Source: the human T2T-CHM13v2.0 reference genome, Homo sapiens. From it: DNA of 64,000 bases. Position numbers and translations under genes: made by a program. The stretch lies in NCBI RefSeq assembly GCF_009914755.1, contig NC_060948.1, one strand, 5' to 3'. The notes beneath the pieces were generated by a model. That model saw only the letters and a program-made list of their open reading frames with translations. It searched no databases and was not told the origin of the DNA. This document shows positions 32,394 to 48,205 of this stretch, piece by piece (position 1 is the stretch's first letter; each line of letters begins with the position of its first letter).

Positions 32394-32827
32394 TATCTTA
32401 ATCTGTTTGTGTTCCTATAAAAGACTATGAGACTGGAAAATTTATAAAGAAAAGAGCTTTCATTGGATCTTGGTTCTGCAGGCTGTAAAAGATGTGTGGT
32501 GCCAGCATCTGCATCTGGCGAAAGCCTCGCCAGGTTTCCACTCAGGACAGAAGGTAAAAGGAAAACAGACATGTCAGGTGTGGAGAGAGCAAGAGAGAGA
32601 AGAGGAGAAGGTATCAGGCTCTTTTCAACAACTTCTTTGGATGTAATCTCCACCGTGGGAACTAATACAGTGGAAAACTCACTTAATAACCATGGTGAGG
32701 GCACCAAGCCATTTATGACGGATCCATCCCCATGACACAAACAAACACCTCCCACTAGATGCCATTAACAATGTGGAGGACCACATTTCAACCTGAGGCT
32801 TGGAGGGACAAATGTCCAAACTATATC
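32394..32827 (-). mobile_element. MaLR LTR (MST-like)
   Basis: tcttaatctgtttgtgttcctataaa...ggttctgcaggctgt...ggagggacaaatgtccaaactatatca. Confidence 0.85.
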
Positions 32828-33139
32828 AATAGGCAAGTTTAAAAATCATGCCGAGTTACAGTAAAACAATCCTTTTTCCTCTTTAGAATCCTGGAACTAC
32901 AAAAAGCTGGGATTCATTAGCTTCCCGAGATTGGCAAGTTAGTATTCAGACTCTTAGGCAGCAACCTGAGAAGTCAGGGCCATAGTTGGGTAATCTGACT
33001 TCTTGGAAGGAAAATTTGGAAGCTCTATATATTGTTAGAGTGAGGGATGATGAAGACTGATGAGAAATGCCTATGTGCCTGCTCTCAGAGGATCCTGACA
33101 GATCCAAGTCAGGAGAACTGGCAGAAGCTATTAAAGTCA

Positions 33140-33695
<556 letters not shown>

Positions 33696-34219
33696 TTAAT
33701 ACTTCAGTCCTCTGAGAGAAGCTGTGAAATAACAGTTCCCTATTGACTCTAGGGCACTGTGTCAGACACAAACTCTAGAACAAGATCATGATTCAGTTTT
33801 TCTTACCTCTTTTTAAGTGAGCATTTTCACAATCCTATGTGCAAGAGTATCTCAACTAGTTTCTGAGTTTATCTCATAGGGAATTGATGTGGGTGTGGCT
33901 TTTATTTGTTGCATTTGTGGATGGAGGAACAAATTAGAGCCTTCTATTTTATCAACTTGTTGGAGATATCCTTTTTATTATTTTTTTACTTATTTTAAAA
34001 AATTTGTACATAACAGTCATAGATACTTTTGGCATACCTGCCATATTTTGATACAAGCAATGTGTACTGGTAAGGACGGGATCAAAGAGCTGATGAGGGT
34101 GGGTTAAATTATAGTTGCTTAGAAGGAATAAGATCTAGTGTTCGGTAGCACAGAATGAGTACATTTAATTATGATTTATTGTATATCTCAAAAGAATTAA
34201 TAGAGTGAAGGAGGAATGT

Positions 34220-34482
34220 CGCCCAGGTTAGAATGCATGGCATAATATCGGCTCACTGCAGGCTCAGCCGCCCAGGTTCAAATGATTCTACTGCCTGAGC
34301 CTCCCAATTAACTGTAACAGTACAGGCATGTGCCACCACACATGGCTAATTTTTATATTTTTGCTAGAGATGGGATTTCATGATGTTGGCCAGCCTGGTC
34401 TTGAACTCCTGACCTAAAGTGATCTGCAAGCCTTGGCCTCCCCAAATGTTGGAATTAAAGACCTGAGCCATCACAACTGGAC
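34220..34482 (-). mobile_element. Alu, 3'-truncated, abutting an L1MA-type 3' fragment (about 34060-34215, +)
   Basis: gtcgcccaggttagaatgc...ctgagccatcacaactgg; no poly-T tail. Confidence 0.85.
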
Positions 34483-34949
34483 AGTAAGATATGCAAAACT
34501 AGGGAGTTTTATCTTTTCACTTCATCCTCACAATCCTACAGCTGAATAAAAACACAACTTCACAACATGAATAACTCACTTGAAAATCGAAGTTGGTAAC
34601 TTCTCCCTTTAAAATTATTTGCACCCTTACCCTATAAAAAGTGATGATCTTGTCAAAATTTTCTCAGGAAAATACTCCTTCCTTGCAGATTAGTCTGTTA
34701 ATTGTAAGAATTATGGACGGCAAAACTTCTGGAACTTCATGTATTTCATTTTTCTAGGTTGCATAATCAGGAAAATAAATCGACTTAGTTATTTAGGTCC
34801 AAATCTTTTTATTTTTATCATTCGATGATTGCTCAAACCTTTAAGCAATCCATCTGAAACTTTATGCTGTTGTTTATGTTTTATACACTTCATTTTCCCA
34901 AAAGTATGAGGTAAATCATTTCCATTCATATCATCAATTAAATTTGATA

Positions 34950-35231
34950 GGCTGAGTGCAGGGGCTAATGCCTGTAATCTTAGCACTTTGGGGGTCCAAG
35001 GAGGGTGGATCAGGATTTTTAAGAACGGCCTGGCAAACATGGTGAAACCCTGTCTGTACTAACAATACAAAAAATTAGCGAGCTGTGGTGCACACATCTC
35101 TAATAACAGTTACTCAGGATGCTGAGGCAAAAGAATAGCTTGGACCCAGAAGGCAGAGGTTGAAGTAAGGCAAGATGGAGCCACTGCAGTCCAACTTGGG
35201 CGACAAAGCTACACTCCATCTCAAAAAAAAA
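34950..35231 (+). mobile_element. Alu
   Basis: Dimeric Alu; degenerate TSD around TTTGATA. Confidence 0.9.
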
Positions 35232-36954
35232 TTTTGATAAAATCCCAACCATTCTAGATTATCTCTATTTGTAAGAACTTATTACTAAATCATTACTTAC
35301 AATAACCATTGTCAAAACTTTCAAGAAAAAACTAACATGAGTACCTCCCAAGATAAAACACCTACTTTCCACTATTTAAACTAGGAACATTTAATTTCAT
35401 TATGTTATTCACTTGAGAAACTTAGCTGGTTCAGTTTTGATTTAGGTAAAAAAAAAAGGTTTCATTACCATTATACCCCTTCAGTCACAGAATGCTTCAG
35501 GTAGAATGTTCCAGATGTTTTAAACTTTAGTATCAACCACATCTAATTATTTCCGTTCACCTGTACTATTCCTCTAAAAAATAAATGTTTTATGATGAGG
35601 CAGACAGTTTTGTAGTCCTTCTGAAGGAGTCTCAAACATTTCAAGCTTGTAAGTTTTTAAAGAGAAAAGGCCTAATTAGAAAACTTGTGCAGCTTGCAGG
35701 GAGATGTAACATATGCCTAATTTTGTATATATTTATGTTCAGAGAAACAAAGGAAAATGTTCAACAAAAACACAATTTACTCTTCTATTGTATTTGCTTT
35801 TAAGCATGTGCAGCTAACCAATAACATCAGCTATTTTGCATTACATGTAAAATTTTTTCTGAAATTTTTAATGTAGATATTACATCTAAACAGATAGTTT
35901 TCAAATAGCATTAACAAGTATGAAATTACTCCGAAAAAAATTGTTTTCCTTGGAATACCTCAACAGATTGATGGAGGAAGTTAGTATCTACATCTCTCCC
36001 CAATACTAACATGTTTCTTTCAGTAATATGCAGGTAACAATGTAGAAATAACACGTCAATTTTCAATTTGCAAACAAGCTTTGGTATGCAATAGCTACTA
36101 TTTGGAATACTTGCTTTAATATCTGCTTCAGTCTCCTTTTTCAGATCTACTTTCCCGACCATCTATTGTAGATGCCACATAACTTGAGCTACCATATGCT
36201 TCACGACGAGCAGGGTGCACCCTATCCAGAGAAAGTGGATTCCTTTGGTCTTTTCTGCCAACGTGCTCATGACCACAAAAATAAAAATCACCGCAGCTTC
36301 TTGAGTAACTCTCCTGACTTCTGCCATATCTATCTAGTGTATTGTTATAATCAGGGCGGCTGCTTCCACCATAAGACATCCGAGGCCCTCGTGCAGGTGG
36401 TGCACCATGAGAGGTCCCTGCAGGCTGATAAAATAATATGTTGGACTACAATTAAACATTTTTTACTGCCATCACTAAAGGATGAATTAGTTAAATTACT
36501 ATTTGGAAATATCTGCTTTCCTCTGCCCTTGTTGACAGGATAGATATTAATTAAGCCTGCATTGGTCAGAAGGTTTTATTTAAAAGTAGTGTGAGAGTAG
36601 TATTTTGAAGCTTAACAAATTTAATCCTAAAGTAAACATTGAGTCATATTTTCTGCACGTGAACTGAAGTTCTCTCCTTCATATCGTTCCCTATGCTTTA
36701 TACTGTTAAGAATACTCAATATTTAAACATGCTATATTGTCCTTTATAATTTTCCTTAGAATTTCATTAAAATAATGATCTGGTCTATTACATAAAATTC
36801 TGTAATTTAAAAATCCATCCTAGACTCTTACCATATCCCTGAAATGCATCTCTGTAAGAACTTCCACTTGTATGTTCAGAATGATCTCTACCACTGGTCT
36901 CACCATAGCCAACAGGATCAGTAAATTGAAAAAAGTTTTTAAATGTCAGAATAA

Positions 36955-38485
36955 ACAATTTAAGAAACCCGTTTGATGAATCCAGATAACATTATAGTAC
37001 CTATATCCTACAGAGGAATGTTCATCCCGACTAGAACGACCATAATCACAGTATGCATAGTCTCTAGGTGGTGGAGCATAATCCCTGGTTTCTCAGGAGC
37101 GTGGATGATTTCTGTGTGTGTAAGTTTAAGCAACAAATTTTAAATTTTCAACTTCTAATATCCAAAATATAACTAAATTACAACTTAAACATAATTAAAT
37201 TGCCTAACATCTAAACAGATATTTCTCCAAATAAAATAGGGAAACGCCCAAAAAGCGCATGGAACAGATACTCATAATCAGTGGTTCAGAAAATGCATTT
37301 CAAATCCAAAATGAGATTCCAGACTTCATAAACACACTGGAATGGCAATAAATTTTAAAAAGCAGGAAAGAGCAAGTGTTTGAGAGTATGTAGATAAACT
37401 GGAACCCTGATACAACATTAGTTAGAATGAATAATTTAAGAAATCTTTTTGACAAATCCAGAAAAAGTTGTAGTACCTATATCCTCTAGAAGAATGTTCA
37501 TCCCAGCTAGAATGACCATAATCATGGTATGCATAGTCTCTAGGTGGTGTCCTAGTTTCTCAGGAGCTTGGATGATTTCTGTGTTCATAAGTTTAAGGAA
37601 GTCAGTGCGGCGATTCCTCAGGGATCTAGAACTAGAAATACCATTTGACCCAGCCATCCTATTACTGGGTATATACCCAAAGGTTTGTAAATCACGCTGC
37701 TATAAAGACACATGCACACGTATGTTTATTGAGGGCCTATTCACAATAGCAAAGACTTGGAACTAACCCAAATGTCCAACAATGATAGACTAGATCAAGA
37801 AAATGTGGCACATATACACCATGAAATACTATGCAGCCATGCAAAATGACGAGTTCATGTCCTTTATAGGGACATGGATGAAGCTAGAAACCATCATTCT
37901 CAGCAAACTATGGCAAGGACAAAAAACCAAACACTGCATGTTCTCACTCATAGGTGGTAACTGAACAATGAGAACACATGGACACAGGAAGGGGAACATC
38001 ACACACTGGGGCCTGTTGTGGGGTGGGGGAAGGGGGGAAGGATAGCATCAGGAGATACACCTAATGTTAAATGAAGACCTAATGGGTGCAGCACACCAAC
38101 ATGGCACATGTATACATATGTAACAAGCCTACACGTTGTGCACATGGACCCTAAAACTTCAAAGTATAATAAAAAATTAAATTAAATTAAAAAAATTTAA
38201 ATTTTCAATTCTAGTATCCAAAGCATAACTAAGTTACAACTTAAACAAAATTAAAAGGCCAAACATCTAAATAGATATTTCTCCAAATAAAATAGGCAAA
38301 TGCCCAAAAAGCACATGGAACAGATACTCACAATCAGTGATTCAGAAAATGCATTTCAAATCCAAAATGAGATACCATACTTCACACACACACTGGAATG
38401 GCAATAAATTTTAAAAAGCAGGAAATAACAAGTGTTTGAGAGGATGCAGATAAATTGGAATGCTGATACAATGCTAGTTGGAATG
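36955..38485 (-). repeat. Tandem duplication of the SRGY exon plus intron unit (period 476 bp; upstream unit interrupted by L1)
   Basis: 37001-37111 aligns with 37477-37578, and 37140-37430 aligns with 38196-38485. Confidence 0.92.
37597..38195 (+). mobile_element. 5'-truncated L1PA (about 600-bp 3' end) in RBMY intron 6
   Basis: gaagtcagtgcggcgattcctcagggatctagaactag...aaagtataataaaaaa; no clear TSD. Confidence 0.95.
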
Positions 38486-39015
38486 CAAAAGGATGGAGCT
38501 ACCATGGAGAAGTGTGGTGGTTCCTCAAGAAAATACATAATTATCATAGTACCAAAAAATTCCACTCATATACACACAGAATTGAATAAGTGTATTCAAA
38601 CAAACATCATTGCATAGAAATACTGGGGTGGAAACAACCCAAATAAAATAATGGGTTAATAGCTTGTAGAAGGAGTGAAGTGCTATGATGTAAATCAGCC
38701 TTCAGGTCATCATGCAAAAGCAAAGGAGACTGATACAAAAAGTCATGTAGTGTTTGAGCCCATTAACATTAAATGCCCACAACAGTAAGTTCAGACGCAG
38801 AACACTGATTAGTGTTTGCTAGCAGCTGAGGAAAGGGAGAAAATGGAAGGGACTGCTTAACTGGTAATTGGAGTTTTAGTTTGGAGTGAGGAAAATGTTT
38901 TGGAACTCGATGGAGGTAGTTGTTGCATGACACAGCATGTATTAAATGCCACTTAACTGTTTACCTTATAATATTTCATTTTGTTATGTAAATTTCATCA
39001 CCACAACAAAAAAAA
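38250..39015 (+). mobile_element. Old L1M (L1MB-like) 3' remnant in RBMY intron 6
   Basis: aaataacaagtgtttgagaggatgcag...gaaaatgttttggaactcgatggaggtagttgttgcatgac...aatgccacttaactgt. Confidence 0.7.
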
Positions 39016-39897
39016 ATCAACTTTTTAAAAATTTTTCCTTTACCTCTCCTTAGTTGCATAACCATCGTCTCTTAGAGACATGTGGTCATTTCTCCAGGAA
39101 GAGATTGGCCGTCTACGTGTAGGACCTCCATAATTCTCTCTTCCACATGATATGGGACCTTTAATATTAAAATGATGGAACTTTATGTAAAGAACATCAA
39201 ATCTGAAACACTGTTTTCTCTTATCTCAAACAACTTTTAAAATTGTTTCTTCTATGACTCCGTTCTTTGTTCCATAAATTACTAGCCAGTCATGACACTG
39301 TGAATATTTCTTATGGTTTTGGATAATCCCATGGCTCCCACAAGGCCAGTTCTTCTAATGAAGCTGAAGCCAAATGCTCATTCTTAGGTAAAAGTTCATT
39401 TGTAATGGTTAATCACTGCTTAGTTATATTTTCCTTTTCATATGAATTACTGATGATTACCAATGACACAGGGAAAACATGTAAAACCATCAAACTCTTC
39501 ACTGAATATAAAGTTTACATATGTTGTCCTTTCTCAGCTGAAGAAGGTAAATTTTCCCATGTAGTTCAATCCACCTCACACAAACAAATACTGCTACCTT
39601 TGAATGACTGCATGCCAAATTTTTACATAACAGTTCTCCTTTAACTCTAAGTAGTTGGCTCTATCTTAAATGTTGACAAATTAAAATGTGCTAGTGAAAA
39701 CTTTCTAATGATGGCCAAGAATTACTTTTAGTGCAATAAGCAACACTATTAAAGGGGTCATTACAACACTGTTGCTATTTCAAAATAGAAAAGTTTCTCC
39801 TTTAATATACTCTTCACAGTGCTTTTCCTTAGAGGTCAGTCTTTCACCTGTGATATGTTCACTGGCTTATTTTTCAATGGAAATGTGTTGGCTTCTG

Positions 39898-39977
39898 TAT
39901 CCTGAAGTCACTAAATACCTGACTTCACCTATACTCTATCCTGAAGTCAATAAATACCTGACTTCACTGATACTCTA
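39898..39977. repeat. 39-bp tandem duplication, each unit containing an 8-bp inverted repeat
   Basis: tatcctgaagtca(c/a)taaatacctgacttcac..atactc twice. Confidence 0.9.
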
Positions 39978-40504
39978 CATATGAAATGTAAAATTGAAAA
40001 TGTCAGGTTTTAATTTCCTCCATATTAGGATGGAGGACTAAGTAAGAATTTTAATTTGTTCTGCTTAACTTCTTTGCTAAAAACTTTTATTTATTGTCTT
40101 GCTTTCTTCTGTTCAGTCTGCAATCTTACAATTCTCCTTCTCAAAAATATTTCTTCTATTCAATCCTACTGCTCACCTCATGTGCTTAGATCTAAATTCG
40201 CTCCTCAAATAATTTCCAACCTCACACTAAGGATCTTGTGTTAATGTTTAAGCATCCTGGAACAATCTTAATTATTGATTTACATCCCCTTGTATTTCAC
40301 AACTCTGCACTTCTGTAAAATCCACTTCAGTTAAGAATATTGGACTCCTTCATGTCTACCTTTCAAGCCTTAAATTTATTTTTAAATAATATTTAAGCCC
40401 AGTGACTCCTTTTCTGCTAAATGTTCTTGCAGTTCTTTTGAATCTTTGTATAAGCAGTAACGATGTCTTGCATATAAGCATTACTGAGGTCTCAGAAGCT
40501 GGAT

Positions 40505-40800
40505 GGCCAGGCTCAGTTGCTCACACTGTGAGCCAGTGTGGAAGGCTGAGGCAGCTGGACTGCTTGAGCCACGGGCTTTGACAATGTAGTGACAGGTTTG
40601 ACAATGCAGCAACATCCTCTCTCTACAAAAATATAAGGAAAAAAATTTAGCTAGCTGTGGTGGTGTATGCCTGTAGTTGCAGAAACTCAGGTGGCTGAAG
40701 CAGGAGAATTGCTTGGGCCCAGAAATTTGAGACCGTTGTAAGCCATCATCTCACCAGTGCACTCTGACCTGGTAAGAGCAAGACTCCAAACCAACAAAGA
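40505..40800 (+). mobile_element. Old Alu (AluJ-like)
   Basis: Highly diverged dimer: ggctgaggcag...ctgcttgagcc...gagcaagactcc. Confidence 0.8.
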
Positions 40801-42210
40801 AACTGAACAAGCAATTTTTAGATTGGGACACCAGGGGAACACTACCTAGGAAATGGAAGAATTCATTAGATGAAGAAGCCTACCATCAAAGAATATTGCT
40901 AGGAACTTTTAGAAAATTAAGGGGAATTTTCTAGCAAACACAGGATTAAAAGGAATGTTGTCCTCACTCTAATCACTTCTTTGATCTGCAATGAGAAGCT
41001 CAAGTATTTCTTCACAACAAATCTGAAATGTACCCAGTGAGATAGAAACTATAATAAAAGCTATCGATCAGTAATTATGCCCATGTATGTGTCACTTCTC
41101 CTTTGTTCAGTGAACTTAAAGTTAAGCATCCAGGTAAAATAGCTCATTTTTAGTCATACAAAAACTACAGTCTTTCTATCAGATAGCATTTACCTTGGCC
41201 TCTCATCCAATTATTGCTTCTTACCACAGCAGAAGGAGCAGACTTTTTAGGAGGAGGACCTCCACTTTTTGAAGAGGGACCTCTTTTAACTAGAATGGGT
41301 TGCCTAGAAGAACTCGTGTTGAGATCAAGAGAGTATGCATCATCATCTGTATTTCAAACAAAATCTTTTCAGTTAACTAACATCACTGTTTCTTAAATGG
41401 CTAAGTTTTAGTTGTTTATAAAGATTATCTACATATTATCATCTTATAAATTCATATTTGTCTAAGCTAATAAAATTAACATTTCTATATGAAATAAGTA
41501 CAGTTCAAGCAATAAAAGTCTGTTGAGAAAATCTAGAAAGAAACTCAAGAATCATAATATATTGGTGTGAGAGAGAGATGAAGACAAATTGGGGAGTGAA
41601 CAGGGAGCAGAAATCTATCACTAAAATATCTAAGTATAATAGACATAAAATATTAAAAGAAAAATGATAAATGACTGTTTATATCATTGTGTTTTGAGGA
41701 AAAATTTTCAAAGCATGTCATAAAGATAAACTAAATTCCATTCAAACAAATTCAAATATTTATGATATCAAAAAGTGACACATCAGGAAAATACATTATC
41801 TCTAAAATTTGTTAACATAATATAGAATTCTTACAATTCCCTTATGAAACACTAATTTTCAGATTACACTATGCTAAATTTTAATAGTCATTAAGAATTG
41901 CATATTAAATAATATATAAAGATTTTTATATATCTACAAAAAATGTAGATATGCGGCAATATATCTACATACATAACATAGGTGGTGTTACAGGTTAGAA
42001 TACACACATTCTCAGACATGGTGGAGTGTTGTTGAACTTCACCCTCAAAAGCAATGGAGACAAAATAACCATGTAGCTATGCATCTTAAAATGGAGCAAA
42101 CACTGCAATTTCCACTTAAAAAAATCTCCAATTAATTACACATCTGGTTATTAAAACTCCAAGTTAAATGTTAGATTATTGAAGGTTAGTTAATAGATAA
42201 TACAAGTTAA

Positions 42211-42531
<321 letters not shown>

Positions 42532-44528
42532 CATCCAATAGTTTTTTCTTTTTTAAAAAATACGTGGTTTTTCTTTTTTATGTAAAAATTGACCCCTCAT
42601 TTCTATTGTGTAAATCACTATAAATATCATTTTCAGTGTCTTATCCTCCAGCAAACAAAGATACATACATATATGTGAAGCAGTGGTTTTTAGACCTTTT
42701 CAGAGTCACAGACTCTTTGCAGAAGTTAAAGTTCTACATTTCTTAAATTGAAAATGCTTTATGGCAGGCCAATGTACAAACTCTCTGTATCAAAATTACA
42801 AAGCAATACATTTGCATAGATGTTTGCACACATATATACAAGAAAACAAATATTGCAAAATCAATCTTAAGTACTGAGTTACTTTTCCCTGTTGGAAAGT
42901 TTTAAATATTGCTTACTTTGATAATACAACTGATATGAAGTTCTGGGCCCCAAAGTAGAAAACTCTAAAGTATGATGAATATAAATGAGTTCTGCAGAAA
43001 ACCTGTTGAGTAGCAGCAATTGGCATTCATAAAATCAAATCAGTTTGAAATTTGTGTTATTTCAATCCAACGTTATTACAATTTTACAACAAATTTTAGA
43101 TATTACTTCAATCATTCTTGTAATACACCTTTAGTACTTAGAAATAAGTTTGCTTATTATAAGTCAATTTTCTGTTCATAAAGGAAATAAATATAATTGA
43201 GAAATTTCGATATCTTCAAACTTATTTTCTTTCAGTCCTATGGTTCCATCTTTACATTTTAAAACATTACCCAAGCGTCCTTCATGTGAGGGATGCCATC
43301 CTCTTGTTCCTCCACTACTTCCTCTTGCAGATCTCAGACATCCTGAAGGGCTTCTGCTTCTTGAGGAAGCTGGTGGTCTCTGCCTACCACCACTTTGAAA
43401 AGATGGTTTCTTGGCTTGTTCTACTTTTATTGCTTTTCCATCCAAAGGCTAAAGTATTAAGAGTATTATCAATAACACTGGCATATTTAACCTAAGCACA
43501 TTTTACAAGCATTTTTACATCAACTATAGCTCAATTCTAGATATTTTCTCCCAAAGCAAACTTTTGTTTTTTTCTCCTAAAATGAACACATCTTTCACAA
43601 TGCCAAATTTGAGACATTTACTGAGCACATGCCTTCCATTAAGGGATCAAACACAAATTCTATTATTCAAATTCCTTGAAAACTTCTCCATTATTTAAAA
43701 AAAAAATCCTCAAACTAACAAAAAGAGATTAACCCATCAAATATTCTATGGAGGAATGTGGCACATCTGTTTTTTCCCCAATATATCATCCACTTCATCT
43801 TTGTATTCACGTCACTAATTTAAAAGTTTCAGTGTCCCAATGAAACTTGTGTCATTTAAAAAAATGAGGTTACTTATTCAAAGTGATTAGTCACATTACT
43901 CATTATGAGGTGTTTCTTGTTGGATTTGCTAACACTTACATAAAATATCCCCATATGATTTACAATTCTATATTGACTCTAAAAATGTTTCTGTAAATGT
44001 GATCCTTGTTCGATCTCATTAAGTTTTCTTGCCATACTCATTTCTTACATTGCCTTAGACGTGCCCCTAAAAAACGAATCTTAATATAGTACTTCAGGTA
44101 ATTTCTCAGAAATGCTTAACTATCCTAATTAATTTCATAATAACATTTTTCACTGTAATCTTTTCTACAGGCCACAGCAATTTTTGAAAACAGTTCAGCT
44201 AATAATGCGATTTAAAAATTACATGGCTTTTGTTATTTGGAGGAAGGACTTAAATCCCTGAACAAGACCGCTTGCAGCCACATCGCCCGTTGTTCCTACC
44301 TTGAAACTTCTTTTGTTATTTCTGGGCTCAAAATATTTTCCCCAGATTTGCCCACGGCTGCTTCCTTCCCAGTGTTCTGAAGTCAGCCAAAATTCCTTAA
44401 CTGTTAATTCCCCCTGAAAACTCAAAGAACCTCCTTTATTGGCCATCTTAACATTAATGTGCATACAACATTCATAGTTATTTTAACACAATAAAATATG
44501 TGAGATGAAGTAATTTAGAAATAACATT

Positions 44529-44961
<433 letters not shown>

Positions 44962-45298
44962 CTAACACAGCTTAAAATATTAATTTATAAGAATGAATAA
45001 AAATGTACTTTCTGCTATGTGCCAGGAAGTATGATAGATGTAAGAGAAAAGCAACCAGGAACACTGAAATATGCACTACATACAATTTCACTATCAATAG
45101 GTTAATATATGGTACTGTGAGTACAAAATACCTACAATATGCAATGAGGAAGAAAATATGAAATCTAAGTTGTTTTGAAGCATAAATTATTATTTGTGAG
45201 ACATACACGGGGAAGGAAAATTCCCAGGAAGTCCAAAAAGGCATTTTTGGGATAGCGTAATGACTAACAGGAACTAAAAACAGATTGGGATAATGTTA

Positions 45299-45606
45299 TT
45301 TTTCTTTTCTTTTTTTTTTTTTTTTTTGAGAAAGAGTCTTGCTCTGTCACCAGCCTGGAGTGCAGTGGCCTGATTTTGGCTCACTGCAACCTCTGCCTCC
45401 GGGATCAGCTGATTCCCATGCCTCAGCCTACCAAGTAGCTGGAACTACAGGCACACACAACCACGCATGGCTAATTTTTTGTGTTTTAGTAGAGACGGGG
45501 TTTCAGCATGTTGGCCATGATGGTTTCGTTCTCCTGACCTTGTGATCTGCCCACCTCAGCCTCACAAAGTGCTGGGATTAGAGGTGTGAGCCACCACGCC
45601 CAGCCG
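45299..45606 (-). mobile_element. Alu (AluSc-like)
   Basis: Reverse Alu; TSD GATTGGG(A/G)TAATGTTA. Confidence 0.93.
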
Positions 45607-46427
45607 GATTGGGGTAATGTTACAAAGCAAAAAAGCTCTAAAGGGCCCAGAATGGAATGATATTGACTACAATGTAAAGGAATTCAATAGTTAATAGAAT
45701 TACATAAAAGTTTAAAGCTTTTGTAAACACACAATCCCTAGAGTTAAGACTCAATAGGACAAGAGACCATTGGTTGGATCAAAACAAGTCCTCAAACACA
45801 CTGGGACAATGAGTAATTAGGTATTCGTGTTACATAAATCACTCTGGTGACAGGAGAAAAACGTCCTTAGCAGAAAAGAGCAAGGATGGGCCAAAAATGC
45901 CAGTTACTTCTTCTGTTATCCAACTTCAGTGTTATCATACGTTTTTCTATTTTCAAGTACTTACCACTTCCTTAAATGTAAAAGTCTTATTTTAATATAG
46001 TTTCTCAAGAATATGTTTTTCAGAAAATGAGAGAGAATCTTTCCTTCTTGTGAGTCTGTCTAGATGTCTATCCACAGTTTTTCTATGCTCTAGAAGTAGT
46101 TCCATGAATTGGAAGTAATTCCCTTAATAGCATTTAATAAATGTTGACTTATTCCTTTCATTTACATGAGGGCTCCTTATAAGTTTTAAAGCTCTTCAAA
46201 ACCTTTTAAAATCTATTTACATTCGTATTGAAATACAAACTTAGAAAAAGGTTACCATATATTAATCTATATAATGTTAATTCCAATACCCTTCCAACTA
46301 CAATTGGATGTATATGGCACAAAGAAGAGCATGGCTTCATATGGCATTCTACTAACTTCAAAAGTTACATAATACTAAAAAGACCTAGAAATACTCTTAA
46401 TTGAAGAACAGAGTTAGAATACTATTA

Positions 46428-46595
<168 letters not shown>

Positions 46596-46960
46596 CTAAC
46601 CATCTGAAAGTTACATCACATCAAAAAATAATTGCATTTTACTTCACTACTATGATTCTTAATACTAAGTCACCCCTATAGTCAGCCTATTTTATTCCAG
46701 TTTGTTCCCTAACTCCACAACACATTTACTTTTCCTCATTTTCCTTTCTAAGTAGTAGGTGATCCTTACACAGACCCTTAACCTGCTACTATGAGAATTT
46801 TCCAAATATCAAATAGATACTTCAAAATAAGAGTTTAAAAATAAGGCATTTTAATGTAGGTATACAATGAACTTTGAAAACCATACATTTTTTCAAAGCA
46901 CATACATAACATACATATTTTAAATATACACATTGAAATATACACACACCCATGGTTTTA

Positions 46961-47128
<168 letters not shown>

Positions 47129-47439
47129 CTAAAAAGATAAAATTTTATTACATACTGTGTTGAAAACTCAAGTAAAATTCCCTTCCAGAGGCTGACATCG
47201 TTTTAGTATTTCTTACTTTAAATATATAAAATTTGTAACATACAGAGCAAAGGGGGCACTGATTTCATGGACAAATGCTGCATTATAATCCGTACCTGAC
47301 AAAATCTCATTTCTATAAATAAGATAAGAAAAGCTATTGTAATTTTACTAAGTTGTAATGTGAAGGTTGCCCCCATTTAAATAATTTTATTTGAAAACTA
47401 TACATTTATGAGGTACACTGTGATGTTTTGTGTATTTTC

Positions 47440-47579
47440 TTTCTTGAGATGTGTATCTCCTGTTGCCGAAGTCCGCTGCTCACTGCAGCCTCCTCCACCC
47501 AGCCTCCACTGATCTTCCCACATCTCAGCTTCCCAAGTAGCTGGTACTACAAGGGCTTTTTACCACAGCTGTGTAATTT

Positions 47580-47618
<39 letters not shown>

Positions 47619-47732
47619 AGACACGGGTTTCCCCATATTGCCGAAGCCGGTCTCCAAATCCTGGGCTCAAGTGATCTGCCGGCTTAGGACTACCAAAGTG
47701 ATGGGATTTCAAGGGTGAACAACCACGGCCAG
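47440..47732 (-). mobile_element. Old Alu with internal (TG)n at about 47580-47614
   Basis: gctcactgcagcctcc...ctgggctcaagtgatctgcc. Confidence 0.85.
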
Positions 47733-47835
47733 CGAGATACGCGGATAAAAGATTAAATCAAGCAAATTAAAATGTTCTTGGGGTGAACATTTTAAATATT
47801 TTACCATCTTTAAGTGATTTGAAATATACAATAGG

Positions 47836-48205
47836 TCAAAGATCCCCAAACCCTAGCCTTCAACCCTTACCTATCTGTGGCCTGAATGTGATGCCGGAGG
47901 ATGACCTGTAATACCTGTCTGTGGAGAATGTAACGCCTGAGGATGACCTGAGGTGGTACAGTTTTATCCGGAAACCATCCTGCCTACTCCCTCGCTGGCC
48001 CTCCCTGTCCCCGTGACAGCCTCACTGCCCCACCTGGCCTCTGTCACATTGCTCCTACCGGAAGACCCGCCCCACCACGTGCCCCTCGGAGACCTGCCGC
48101 CAGCCCCCACTCCCAAACCTGTCCACCTCGTCGCCTTCTTCCCCTGCGCAACCCTTGTCTGAGGAAAAACTGACTTCCACTAAACCAGTCCCTGATGCGA
48201 AAATA
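47836..48205 (+). mobile_element. MER1-like hAT-Charlie DNA transposon remnant with a C-rich interior
   Basis: gatgacctgaggtggtacagttttatccggaaaccatcc and ggaaaaactgacttccactaaaccagtccctgatgcgaaaa match MER1. Confidence 0.7.

Noticed and set aside
39898-39977. CRISPR-like palindromic repeat
   Set aside because: Only two adjacent units with no unique spacers and no cas genes; eukaryotic context.
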